A stretch of DNA of 64,000 nucleotides from Reclinomonas americana ATCC 50394 (Eukaryota), in assembly GCA_048213135.1 (NCBI GenBank), contig PS015059.1:150511-214510 (forward strand), read 5' to 3'. A program made the translations under genes and the position numbers. Positions 12,290 through 24,065 of this stretch are shown here, one piece after another. Position 1 is the first letter of the stretch; each line of letters starts with the position of its first letter. The notes under the pieces are model-generated. The model saw nothing but the letters and a program-made list of their open reading frames with translations, ran no database searches and had not been told where the DNA came from.

Positions 12290-13980
12290 GCTGGGCGAGC
12301 TGGTGGCAAGTTGGGGCCTGCTGCGACGGCGAATGGCGCGACAGCTGGTGCTGCAGCGGCTGGCGGGTCGAAGAACACTCTGCTGGTCCGCGCGGGCGTC
12401 GGTCGTCGTAGTGCGAATCCGCTGCGGTGAGAGGCACACACCTCGAGTCTTGCTTGCTTGACTGCGCTCACCTCTCTGCGTGCAGTATCAACCCGGACTT
12501 CTTGTGCACCATGCGCTTCCACACATGCGTGCCGGATGTGCCTGTGGAGTCCAAGTTGCTGCGACACGAGCACAATCCGCAACAGTTCGCAGGCTACGCA
12601 GCCACGTCATTGGAGCGCGACTACAAGCACCCGCTGCTGGTGGACCTTTTCCGCGCGATTCCCATTGATCTGATCAATTCGTCGACCTATGCACGCAGTT
12701 GAGCGATACGCCACATGTAGAGCGTGAGGCACTCTGTGCTCACCGAAAAAAATCGCAGATCCCGGTCGCCGGTTGGCACGAGAAGATGCAGCGCTGTTCA
12801 CGGCAGACAAGCCAAAGAAGCGCGGCGACATTGTCGAGCAGCCGGCGTACTTGGTGCCGACCGAGTACATCTCGGCCAGCACCGGCAGCATCGGCACCAG
12901 CGTCAAGAGAAGGCGCAGATCGGAGGACGAGAGCAAGTTGCGTGGTGGTGGTGGTCCTCTCCTCTCTCTCACGCATTCACTCAAATTTCCGTTCCCTCTA
13001 CTCACCACAGCTTGGGTGATATGATTCGCGAGCTTACCGAGGAGAGTCGCGAAGAGTTGGTCAATCGCTTGGCCAAGTCGTTCCGTGAGGCGTCGAAACT
13101 GGACGCCAACCTTCTGGTGCGGCTTGCTTCCGCGAGCGGGTTGTTGTTCAAATCGATCCACTTACTCACGTCTCTCTCTCTCTCTCACACACAGAATGGC
13201 CAGCTGTCACACCCTGCACGTCGCGACGTGTACGCCTTGGAAGTGATGCCACTGGTGCCCAGCATCGACATGGTGGCCACTGACTTGCATGCGCTGGAGT
13301 TTCAGCAGAATCCGCGCGTCGGAGAGCTGGTTACTGGTGCGTTGCCGGTCTGTTCTTGAAGACTGCTAACTGGCTCACTTGTGATTGTGCGGTGGTGGAT
13401 GGTGCGTAGCTCGCGGCTGTCTGTTGACGGCGTCGGGTGAAAAGGGCGAGATTGTGACGTACCTGCAGCCGGAGATTCCAGGTCGCGACGGTCAGTGGAA
13501 AATTGCAGAAAACATCAGTCGCGATGGAGCGCGCTCACAGTGAGAATGCGCAGATTTCGCCGGTGGTGCCACGTACGTGTGCACTCGCGAATACTCGCGA
13601 CGAGAGCGCGGCACGCAAGGCGATTTGTTTGTGGTATTTTCTGTCGACGATCAGCTTCAGTTTGCATCCGTCTCGGCATACGCCGAACTGCAGCCTCTCA
13701 AGGGTGGTTTGGTGAGTCGCCGGTTGGCGTGCGTTCTTCTTTTGGTCGTGCACGTCCCTGAGAAGAAGGTGCCGTCGGCGCACAGGATGGTGTCACGACG
13801 CGCGATGTTACCGATCGACCATTTTCTCGCGAAGAGAGGGAAGCGCGACTGACGCGTAAGAGGCGGTGGAAACCCGAAGAAGACGACGTGGAGGGACCAA
13901 GTGGTCTCTTTGGCGATGGCGACGACGGTGAGGAGGAGGAGGAGGAGGAGGAAGCCGAGACGGGTTCCGACTCGGATTGA
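11553..13980 (+). CDS. PAF1: RNA polymerase II-associated factor 1 with Pro-rich and polyQ N-terminal extension
   Basis: DFLCTMRFHTCVPDVPVESKLL...ATSLERDYKHPLL...IPIDLI and YLVPTEYIS, HPARRDVYALEVMPLVP match Paf1 family motifs; acidic C-terminus; 7 introns. Confidence 0.85.
12229..12288 (+). repeat. CAG/CAA trinucleotide run encoding about 20 Gln in PAF1
   Basis: Direct observation. Confidence 0.95.
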
Positions 13981-14263
13981 CAGTCGTCTAGCGAGAAAAA
14001 ATTCGCTTCTTGCAATGCAGAGAGATTTCACACCCATGTATTGTTGGGCTGACGGAGGAGGGTTTCTTTCACTGCCACAGTCACACTCATAGAGGTGACG
14101 TATGTTTCATTAACTCCAGTGTTCTAGGTGGATCGCTTGACCGCTGCCTCGAGCATGCGTGGAACCCGCGCTTGGGGCGTCGACTTTAGCAGCGCTGACG
14201 ACAGACGAAGTCCGACTCCAGTGGACAACGAGAGAATTCAACGCTCCCTGTACTGCTCGCCAG

Positions 14264-15141
14264 TCACCTTGGTGGTCGAGGCTGAAAGGCGACACATGCA
14301 TCCGCGGCCAGTTGCATGGGATCCAAGAGCGTGGCGTCGCCAACCTCCTCTGCCGTCACATGCAGCAGAAAGTCGCTAATGTCGGAACACCCAATCACCA
14401 CACAGTTGACGCCCAAGTCGCACACGGCGTGGCGCAGTGCTTGCCGAAAGAGGGATTCCGCACGCTTCAACGCCGCCGCCTTGACCGCCAAGATACCCGC
14501 CGTCACCATCTCCTGTTGTACGTGCTCCGCCAGCGGCACGTACTCATGCCCGGCTGCAGTGAGCGGCCGCTGATACAAGCCTGCAGCAATCGTTCCTTCG
14601 GTGGCCAGCACCGCAAAGGAGGCTTGTCGCGCCGGAAACAGAGCATTCATGCGATCCACCACGCATCCAATGAGACTCACAATGGGCACACCGAGCTCCG
14701 GGCGCTGCTCATCGAACCAAAAGTGCGCCGTGCAACACGCACACACCAACACGTCCGCACCAAGCGCCTCCACTTGCTACACATACACATATAAGCAGTG
14801 GAACAAGGGCGCGCACACACGGAAGAGATCGAACCTTTGCCACGTTGAGAATGTACGCGCCCGGGTTATCACGCTCATCCAGCTCCTCTCCCGCGACCAA
14901 CGCTCTCACCGCAGGCGGGCGCGGGGGTATGCGAGGCAAGCACAGATGCACAAGCGACACACGCCGACCATCACGCTCCGCGCGCTCTTGCACCATGCGA
15001 CAAAACACAACACCAGCCAGCGCACTGCTCCATGCATGTGAGTGCCGCGAACACAGAGACAAGTAGAGAGATGAAGAAGTCGCGCAACGTCATGGCCCCA
15101 ATGACGCCGACGACCACCTTCTCATCGTCGTCGCCAATCAT
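14264..15141 (-). CDS. Asp/Glu/hydantoin racemase family protein (PLP-independent, two-cysteine type)
   Basis: Spliced VGVIGAMTALAG (cf. IGIIGGMGPLAT), ACCTAHFWFD, VLATEGTIAAGLY, VVIGCSDIS; 2 introns. Confidence 0.85.
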
Positions 15142-15188
15142 GGTGTGTCCCGCAGTCCTCGCACACGCGCCCGAACAATCATTCACAA

Positions 15189-17671
15189 ATGTCGCAACAA
15201 GGCGCGCCGTCGTCTCCTCAACAACAGCAAGCCGGCGGTGGAGGCCGCCCCGTGTCTCGTGTCGTCGGCGTGCCCGCGCGAGCCTCTTCACCACCAACCA
15301 ACGCACGCCGCGCCACTCCTCCTCCTCCAGCTCCCGCAGGCGCAGGCGGTGCGCTCAACCGTGGCGCCGCGTCCGGCTCGTCCTCGCCACCTCGCCAGCA
15401 CCCGCCCTCGCCACCGCGGTACCCGCATCCTCCGAGCATGCCCTCGCATCATCACGGGAGCACGCGCGTGGTGGGGGCGGCGGCGGGTGGCGGTGGTGTT
15501 GTCACGGGTGGCAGCAATGGTGGCGCCGTGCGGCATGTGCCTTCGGCCGTGAGTGGCGCAGTAGGCGTGCGAGGGGTGGGTGGCGCCGAGCCGCGCCTGG
15601 TCGTGGCCTCCGGCAGCGCCCCGCCTGTTCCGGTATGCGTCGATATGTGTGTGTGTGGAAGAGTGCGCTTGTGTTGCTGATCTCTGGTCGCGATACAGCA
15701 CTCGTTGCCGGAGGAGTTGCAGGCGGATCTGGAGTCGGCGTTTGAGCGGCTGATGGTGTCGGCGGTGGCGTTGCCGTCGTCGGGTAAGGTGGGCGCGTTG
15801 CTGTCGGGCACGGGCGGAGCGGCGCGTGGACGGGCGCCGGCGGCGAGTGGCGGGGGAGATTCCGATTTTGTGGTGGTGGCGGGTGCTGGCGACGATCGTG
15901 AGGCGTTTCGGGCGCACCGGTTCATTCTCAAGGCCCGCTCGCGCTACTTTGACACCATGTTGTCGACGGGTGTGTGTGCGGCGCTCACTTGCTCGCCGCG
16001 TGCGTCGTTGTCTCATTATGCGTGTGTGTGTGTGTAGAATCGTGGGCGGAGAGCTCGAGTGGGATTCTTGAGGCGCCGAATGTGTCGCCGGATGTGATGC
16101 GGCGCGTGCTGCGGTTCATGTACACGGGGCAGGCGGAGCTGCACGATGCGTGGGTGTGCGAATTGTTGGATGCGGCCGATGAGTTTCAACTCGACGCCCT
16201 GTGCCAGTTGTGCACGCATCACATTGCGGAGCGCGTGGAGCCCGACAATATCGTGCCCGCCGTGGTTCGTGTGGCCCCCCGACTCGTACTACATCGCTTG
16301 CCGATATTCACATTGCGTGCAGAGTGCGGCGCTGAGTCGCGGTCAGATGGGGTTGGTCGACGAGCTGCTGAAGGTGGTCGACGATTTTGCCGACGAGGTT
16401 CTGCGCGGCGATGCGCTGCTGACGTGCCCGCCCGAGTTGATGGACATGATTTTGTGTCGCGACAATCTAGCGGCTGACGAGGTCGACGTGTGGGATGCGC
16501 TCGTCAGATGGGGCAAGTGAGTTTCCAAGTCGTCGCACTCCACGTGTGTGTGTGTGTGTGTGCACGTGTTTGTTGATTTTCGCTGGCCGCAGACATCGAT
16601 GTGGGATTGTGGAACCGGAGGCGCGACTGTGGACCGAGGCCGAGCGAATGAAGCTGCAAAAGGAGGTGCGACCGCTGTCGAATCATGTGCGCCTGCTGCA
16701 CATGCCGAAGGAAAGGTGAGTGCGTTGTGTTCTGCGCACGAGGTGAAATCGCCGTTTTGCTCACGCGTGGCTTGCAGGTTTGCGGAGGTCAAGCTCAGTG
16801 GTTGCGTGGCCGATGCACGGTTACAGCAGTGGGCTTTTTACAACATGGCGCCCTCGTTGTACGAGAAGGAGAGTGGTGACATGCCACCTCGCAAGGGTGT
16901 CGGTGAGTCTTCAAGGATGGATGTGCGCTTTTTTGAGTTTGGTTTGGTGCTCATTCGTGTCACAGTGCGCTTCAACGACTCGGTGATTCTCGATCGGGAG
17001 CAGCAGCGACAGATTGTGGAGTGGCTGGGTGATCGCGAGTCACCGCCCGCCGGCTACCGTGTGTGGGATTTGCTGTTCCGCGCCAGCCGCGATGGATTCG
17101 ACAGCAGCTCGTTCCACTCACACTGCGACGACAAGGGTCCGACGGTGGTGGTGCTGCGCACGAGACAGGTTTGTGTGCGAAAACCAAAGGAGGAAGGGGG
17201 AGCGAAAAATGCGAGACCTGAATTTCTTCGCGTGTGTCGCACAGGCGGCCATTTGCGGCGGCTACAGTTCGCGATCGTGGGAGAGTGGCACCGGCACCAT
17301 GCGGCAGGGTGCTGGCTGCTTCGTGTTCACACTGCAGGGCGGTGGCAGCGACGGGCCGAATGGTGGTCATCCGGCCAAGTTTGAGTGTCTCGACGAGGCC
17401 AACTCAATCTACTGCGCCAGCAACTACGGCCCGCAGTTTGGATTTGGAGTTGCGCGCGTCCCTCCCTGCTGTTCTTCTTGCGAGTCCGTTGCTCATACGC
17501 GACAACCAGGGTGACTTGTACGTGATTGACGGCAACCAAGCCGGTAGCTTCATGCCACGCACCTACGGCGGCGCCGGCACCAGCAATCTGACGCTGGCCG
17601 GCGAAGAGAGCTTCCAGCTGGAGGACTATGAAGTATTCGCCGTCCATCAGCGTCGGCCTCGCAGATTGTAA
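15189..17671 (+). CDS. BTB/POZ-BACK-TLDc domain protein
   Basis: SDFVVV...FRAHRFILKARSRYFDTML (BTB); DEVDVWDALVRW (BACK); LLFRASRDGF...FHSHCDDKGPT...YGPQFG...DYEVF (TLDc). Confidence 0.9.
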
Positions 17672-17762
17672 TTAAAGTACGAGCGTTGTTTGTGTTACGC
17701 GAAGGGTCCTCGTGTCCCTCCATCATTTTTCCGAAAAATCCCGCGAACGAGAGAGATCGTCC

Positions 17763-18732
17763 ATGCTGCCCACACTTGCCCGCCGCGTCTTGACGCCCTC
17801 TACCGCCTCGTCACCTCTTCTGTCTCGTCTGCTGGCAACCACAGTGCTGCCGCGATTTGCCAGCTCCTCAAGTTACGAAGACAAAAGTCTGTCTGTCTCT
17901 GTGTGTCTGTCTCTGTGTGTGTGTGTGTCTCTGTCGCATGTTCGCGTGTGTCTCTGGTGCCAGGCGCGCCCGTCGATCGTGCGTCGGTGAATGTGCGTGC
18001 GTGTGTCTTTGTGCGCGTGCAATGTCGCACTGGTTCTTTGAGTTTTCGCACACACCTGCTCTCTAAACTCTCGCCCACTCTCTTTCGTCGTCGTCGTTGT
18101 CTCTCGCCCACCGCATCATAGCACAACGCGCACGCGCACACACGATATTCCTCGTGTGAAACACGCGGAGAATGATGCCCTTTCCGTTTTTTTCGCTGAC
18201 TTCTCACGCTCACACAGATCGTCGCTTCACCAAGGACCACGAATGGATTGAGATGTCGAGCGGGAAGGTGCGAGTGCAGCAGTGAGAGCGTTGGTAAGCA
18301 GTGCAGCAGTCGCTCACACACACACAATTGTTGCGTGGGCAGACGGCCATCATGGGCATTTCGGAGTATGCGCAAGAACAGTTGGGCGATGTGGTGTTTG
18401 TCGACTTCCCCGCGTTGGGCAAGCAAGTCAAGGCGAAGGGTGTGGTGGCGGTGGTGGAGAGCGTGAAGACTGCTGCTGATGTGTATGCACCTGTCGATGG
18501 AAAGGTGCATTTGGTGGTTGTCATGATCTCCTCCTCTCCTTCTGTTGCTGACATTTCCGGGCGCCAGGTGACGGAGGTGAATACGCAGCTGAAGGACACA
18601 CCCGACTCGATCAACACATCGCCGTACGGTGCCGGCTGGTTGGTGAAGCTGGAGGTCGACAACCCAGCTGCCGTCGAGAAGCTGATGAATGCGGAGGAGT
18701 ACGAAAAGCACTGCGCCTCACAGGCGCACTGA
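17763..18732 (+). CDS. GCSH: Glycine cleavage system H protein, mitochondrial
   Basis: Transit-peptide-like N-terminus; FTKDHEW, GISEYAQEQLGDVVFV, lipoyl motif VESVKTAADVYAP, INTSPYGAGWL; 3 introns. Confidence 0.95.
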
Positions 18733-19006
18733 GCGTCGTCTCTCCTCCCCCCCTCCCCCTCCTCACGCAGTGTGTGCATGTGTATGTGTTCTTCTGTTAT
18801 GTATCCTGTGCGGCGGTGACTGGCGTCTCCCCTCTGCTTTCCTCCGGGGACGCGTGCGTTTGGGTGCACGGCCGTCGCTTGCCTAGTTGTTTGAGTCTCT
18901 CTCTCTCTGTCTCTGTCCAGTGTTTTTTCCCTCTCCCTTCTTTCCCCCTCCTCCTGTGTGTGTGTGTGTTTTTTTTTGCGTACTGCGTGAGAGTACAATG
19001 GTGTCG

Positions 19007-20531
19007 TTATGTTGGACCTACCACTCCGTCGCCGGCCTGCTCATCATCCACTGTGGTTACTGGCTGGATGCCGCTGCTGGCGATGGTGAACTGTGCAGAG
19101 AGGGGGGGAGGGCAGTGAGTGGAGCAAAGATAGAGAGAGAGATATGTCGTGCGCACCTCAAACGAGCACACGGGACACAGCGGGCACTTGGCGACGGTGA
19201 TGGTGCGCCGTGAGTTGCCGACGGGCATGAGGGCACCCGGCGGCAAGTCGACATTCAGCAAGAAACGCGTGTTGACGGCGTGCGACCAGGTGTTGCCGAG
19301 GGCTGGCGTGATCTGCCCACCGCCGTCGCCTCCGATCTCGCTCGGTGCTGGCTGCGGTGGGGCAGGCTGTGGTGCAGCGCCAGCGGCATTCGTCTGCATC
19401 GTGATGTGATTGGTGACTACGACGTGCGTCTCAAACGCCTCGGCAATCCACTTGAGGCGGGTGGCGATGCGCATCAGCACATCCTGCCGCGCCATGGCTG
19501 CATCGTGCCCAAAGTCGCGCCGCACCAGTGCAGCCATCGAGTCGACAATCACCAGTCGCACATTGCGATCGGCCTGGAGGGAAGAGAGTGAGCGTCGGGG
19601 GGAATACCACGAGATGCGCGTGAGTGCGTGCAAACGCAACAATCAAGTCGTCGGCTTGCAGCAACTTCTCCAGCAGTTCGTCGGCCGCACTGACGTTGAC
19701 AACGTGCACACTGGAGGCCAACTCGCGCAGCGATTCGTCGGAGCGGAACACACCAGGGAAGCGATGTCGGGCCAACTCCAATAACCTGCCCGGCGAGAGA
19801 GTCAGGCAAGCTGTCAGATCACCCTTCCGCACACCGCCTCTGATTACCTCTGTGCATCAAACGACCGCTCCACATCAAAAAACAACACACTGCCACCGAG
19901 ACCGCCCTCCTCGCGCGGCACGTTGGCCTCCACGCAGCACGACATGCAAAACTGCGTCTTGCCCGCACCAGCACGACCAGCGACCTGCACAGATGATGAT
20001 GAGGCCTCACATCTTCTTCTTCTTCTTCTTCCCGCAACATCATCGCTGCAGACCTCGCACATGGAGCCACAAAAGAGTCCGCCTCGCAGCACCGCGTCCA
20101 GTGCCGGAATGCGTGTGCGCAAGAACCGCGCCTGACCAAGCTCACTCGAGTCGTACTTCATCTGCAGCACCTGTGGCGCACACAAGAGAGAGAGAGAGAG
20201 AGAGTAAGGCACACGATGACAGGCACACACACACACACATACTCTCTCTCTCTCTCTCTCAGCTCACCGTCTTGGCGAGTGGGCACGAGTCCCGCGACAC
20301 CACTTGCACCAACTCACAGGCCTCCGCCACCGACACGTCCAGAATGTGACACAAGTCATACAGCGAGGTGCTCAACAGTTGCTGCACCCCAGAGAGTTGA
20401 GAGAGTCTGTCAGTTGTCTTTCTCTCCTGCTCTCCCCTCACCTCACACTCATTGATGTTGGCATCGGCAAGCGCCTTCAAGTGCGCCTCGGCAACGCCTT
20501 TTACCCGCGACAACTTGCGCGCGCCCAACAT
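19007..20531 (-). CDS. RAD51B: RAD51 paralog, most like RAD51B
   Basis: Walker A GRAGAGKTQ, FDVERSF, Walker B LVIVDSMAALVRRDF, PALGNTWSHAVNTR, VAKCPLCP. Confidence 0.85.
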
Positions 20532-20545
20532 CACAAACACGAAAG

Positions 20546-20553
20546 TGACGTCA
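20546..20553. promoter_or_regulatory. TGACGTCA (CRE/ATF-like palindrome) in the 83-bp divergent RAD51B/glycosyltransferase spacer
   Basis: Perfect octamer in a very short bidirectional spacer; function not shown. Confidence 0.3.
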
Positions 20554-20614
20554 TCGCCCGCTGGCCATGGGCAATTGTCTTTGTCCCCTCGCGTCGTCTC
20601 TCTTCCTGCACGCC

Positions 20615-22008
20615 ATGCTGTCCTCGTTCATGCGAGGTGCGCCACCGGCGTTCATCCGACGATCACGCACAGCGCAAGTGCTGATCGTGTTCGCTCTGGT
20701 CATTGTGGCGATCGTGGCTCTGCGCGGCTCTCTGCGCCTGCCTTCCATGCAGTCACTGGGAGTTGCGATGCACACACATAGTGACATACTGACTGACACA
20801 CACGCGCTCGCCTTTAGTGTGTGTGCACTCGTGCGTGTGTGTGTGCTCATGGCCATGTCCACGTGTGTGTTTTGCAGTTGCGACGCACTCGCATTGGCCT
20901 GATGCACCCGGTGACGTCGCACAACGGACCGCAGACAATCGAGGAGCAGTACTCGCTGACGGCGTTTCTCGATTCGCTGCGCGATACGGGCGAGTCGCAG
21001 TACGATTACTACATTTATGTGGCGTACGACATTTTCGATCCGGTCTGGGATAACGACAGCAATCAGAAGCTGTACGAGGGGCTGGCGAAGGAGCGTGTTG
21101 GCTCGCACATTTCGCTCACCGTGCGCTGGGTGCGATTGTATGGACTGAAGGTGAGGCGATCATTCATCGGCGCACAGGCAGTTGTCTCGCTCGCTGAACA
21201 CGACAGCGAAATGCAGACGCGACTGATCGCCATCTGGAACTTTATCATTCGTCACGCCATGGACGACAACTGCGACTACTTTATGCCGTCGAACGACGAT
21301 CTCATTCTGGTGACGAAGAATTGGACCAGCAAGGCGATTGAGCAGCTGCTCAACAGTCCCGTGATGCCCAACTTTGGTGTTGTTGCGTGCGCGCGACGGC
21401 TGTGCGTGTGTGTGTGTGTACCGAGGGTGCTTCCATGCCACTCAAGCACGTGGTGTAGGTTGCATTCGAGGACCTCGCCTACAAGGGATTCCCCACGTTC
21501 CACTTGACGCATCGCACGCATGTCGAGTTGTTTGGCGTGCGTCTCTTTGTCTCTCTCTCTCTCTTTTTCCCTTTGCCACACCTTGCTGATTGCACACCGA
21601 AACGCAGGGTGTGTACTATCCGTTCCACTACAACAGCGCCCACTGCGATCCGGCCGCCTTTGACGTGTACGCTCCGTTCCGTGCCAACGTGCTGCGCGAG
21701 GACATTCAAGTGCAGAACCACATTGGCGTTGCGTCGTCGCAGGCAGGGAGAGGAGAAGAAAATACCGAGTCTCACCGATGCATGCACAGGCCGAGAAGCC
21801 GCGCTACGAGTACGACTCACTCGACAACACGCAGCAGCTCATTACGCGCTGGCGAACGCACATTTGGCTGTGGCTGAAGGAGCGCAACGCGCTGCCCAAG
21901 TACGCGCCCAAACTAGAAAAGCTCGCCGACTACAATCTGCAGACGTGGAACGATCACAGGTATCGCAGAAAGGGCCTGTACCGTCACGGCATCGATCCCG
22001 AAGAATGA
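20615..22008 (+). CDS. Type II membrane GT-A fold glycosyltransferase (putative)
   Basis: N-terminal TM VLIVFALVIVAIVAL; YIYVAYDIFD; IWNFIIRHAMDDNCDYFMPSNDDL; THRTHVELFG; 5 introns. Confidence 0.7.
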
Positions 22009-22070
22009 ATTTACACTGCACGCCACAATTTCGTTCGTTCCTTGTCACGCATGGAGAGCTCTGGCGATGT

Positions 22071-23938
22071 GAGCATGGAGACAGCGGCGGCTGGAGAGGA
22101 AGAGACAATGCAGCAGCAGCAGGAGGGGGGAGGTGACTTGTCGCCAGCACGCCGTCGTGTGCGTTTCGCGGCAGGCGGCGAGGACGAAGAGGAAGACGAG
22201 GACGGCGGTGAGCGTCGTCAACGTCGCCGTGGACGTCGACGTGCCGCAGAGGAAGAGTGTTGCGTGTGCATGTTGATTTCTCTCCTTCATTGTGTCAAGA
22301 TGCACTTGTCTCATCAAATGCATGCATTGTGTGTGTTCAGTGACTGATGACTTTGTGGCGCCAACGAGTCGCGCCAGTGGTGGCGAAGAGGCAGAGAGCG
22401 AGGCCGAGGCCAATGCCATTGCGCAGGCGGCCGAGCGAGCAAGGAAAGCGCGGGAGGAGCTCAAGGCGGCGGCGCGTGGCATTGGCGACACGGATGTCAA
22501 GTTTGGCAGCGATGATGAGGACGATAAGGGCGACGAGGATGATGAGATGGGCGGCAAGCGGAAGAAGAAGGCGGTTGGAGTTGCGGATGGCCTGCCTTCC
22601 AGCTCCTCTCTTTCTCTTCTTCTCTCAACACCGTACTTGTTCGCCTGCAGCGATTGACCAGTGTCGGTGGTGAGGAGGCTGGCGACGAGGGCTTCGACAT
22701 GGGCACCAAGATGACGCCCTTCAATCTCAAGGAGGAGCGCGAGGAGGGCTCGTTTGATCGCGACGGCAACTACGTGTTCCACAACTTCAAGGACATGCGC
22801 GATGCGTGGCTGCTGGAGCAGGAACAGTTGCGTCTCGTGTTGTGCAAGCAGCAGCGCTCGTGACTGACCATGGTGTGGCGATGTGCAGAACGTCGGAGAA
22901 GACCATGACGGCGGTACGTGTTGTCGAGCGATGAATACTGCAGGTCAAGCTAACTTACGTACTGATTGCAGGCGCGAGAGGCCATGGAGCGACAGGAACG
23001 CGAGGCCGAGATTCTGGAGCAGGCGCGCATGGGGCGTGACAAGCGACAGCTGCTGCAGACAGTGGTCGACATTCTGCAGGTGTGCGCGCTACGTGCCATC
23101 ATCTCTCTCCATGTCGATGCTTATGGCTTTCCCTCACTCTGCAGCCACGCGAGGGAGTGGCCGCTGCGCTTCGGCGGTTGCGACCACCGCAAAAACCGCG
23201 ACTCACCTCACAGCAGAAGCGGAGAAAGACGGAGAGCGAGGCATCTGCAGCGGCAGCGTCGGTCGACCCGGAGGCTGCCGCCAAGACCAAGGCACAATTC
23301 GACGCGCTGACTGAGGCCGCCGACCAGCTGCTGGAGCTCGGCTACGTCGGTTGCGTCGCTTCTCTCGTGATGGTCCACTTTTTCCCGCCAGCTGCCTGAC
23401 GTTTGTGTTTGCATGTGCATAGACATCTACAGCCACGGTCGTGAGCGTATCGAGGACGACTTGGAGGAGGAGCTGGCGCAACATCGATCCGAGCTGAGCG
23501 GTAAGAATCTTCAATAATCGAGTTGTCCGTCGTCGAGTTGTCCATTCACTCACCGCGCCCGCTCGCAGCGCACGCCGGTGTCATGGACAGCATGACGGCG
23601 CCGCACGGGGGCATCGGCAGCAGCACGACACAGGGCGCCGTGGCCGCGGACGACAGCGACGGCACCCTGTGGGAACTCAAATGGCTGGCCGACGCCGAGG
23701 GCAAGATCCACGGCCCGTTCAAGACGTCGGAGATGCTCACGTGGGCCTCGGCAGTTGCGTCGCCCCCCGTCGACCACCAGCCCACGCTCGTGAGACTGAC
23801 TCTTGCCGTTCGCAGGGCTACTTTGTGCCCGGCGCCGCCGTCGTACGTCGCATCATGGACGACATGTTTGGCGAATCGGAAGAGCAGGAGTTCCTGCCGG
23901 CGGAGAACACCAACTTCCACGCTGCAGCTGCACACTAA
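22071..23938 (+). CDS. CD2BP2: U5 snRNP 52K / CD2BP2 / Lin1 homolog with C-terminal GYF domain
   Basis: MTPFNLKEEREEGSFDRDGNY, DAWL, EGVAAALRRL, LTEAADQLL; spliced WELKW...HGPFKTSEMLTWASAGYF. Confidence 0.92.
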
Positions 23939-24065
23939 TGAGGACCACAGCAACGGAGCGCATGCACGACAAACGAAAAAAGAGAACAAGCTTAGGCAAA
24001 ATGCAAAACAAACAACAATGTTGTCTCGTCCGTCCTCCGTCCTCGCCCTCATTGTTTGTTGCATC

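Noticed and set aside
17886-18217. Intronic box C/D snoRNA in the long GCSH intron
   Set aside because: Only an imperfect C box (AATGATGC), and the nearby CTGA is better explained as the branch site.
22009-22070. Spliced-leader trans-splicing acceptor before closely spaced downstream genes
   Set aside because: No AG acceptor in this spacer and no consistent signal in the others.
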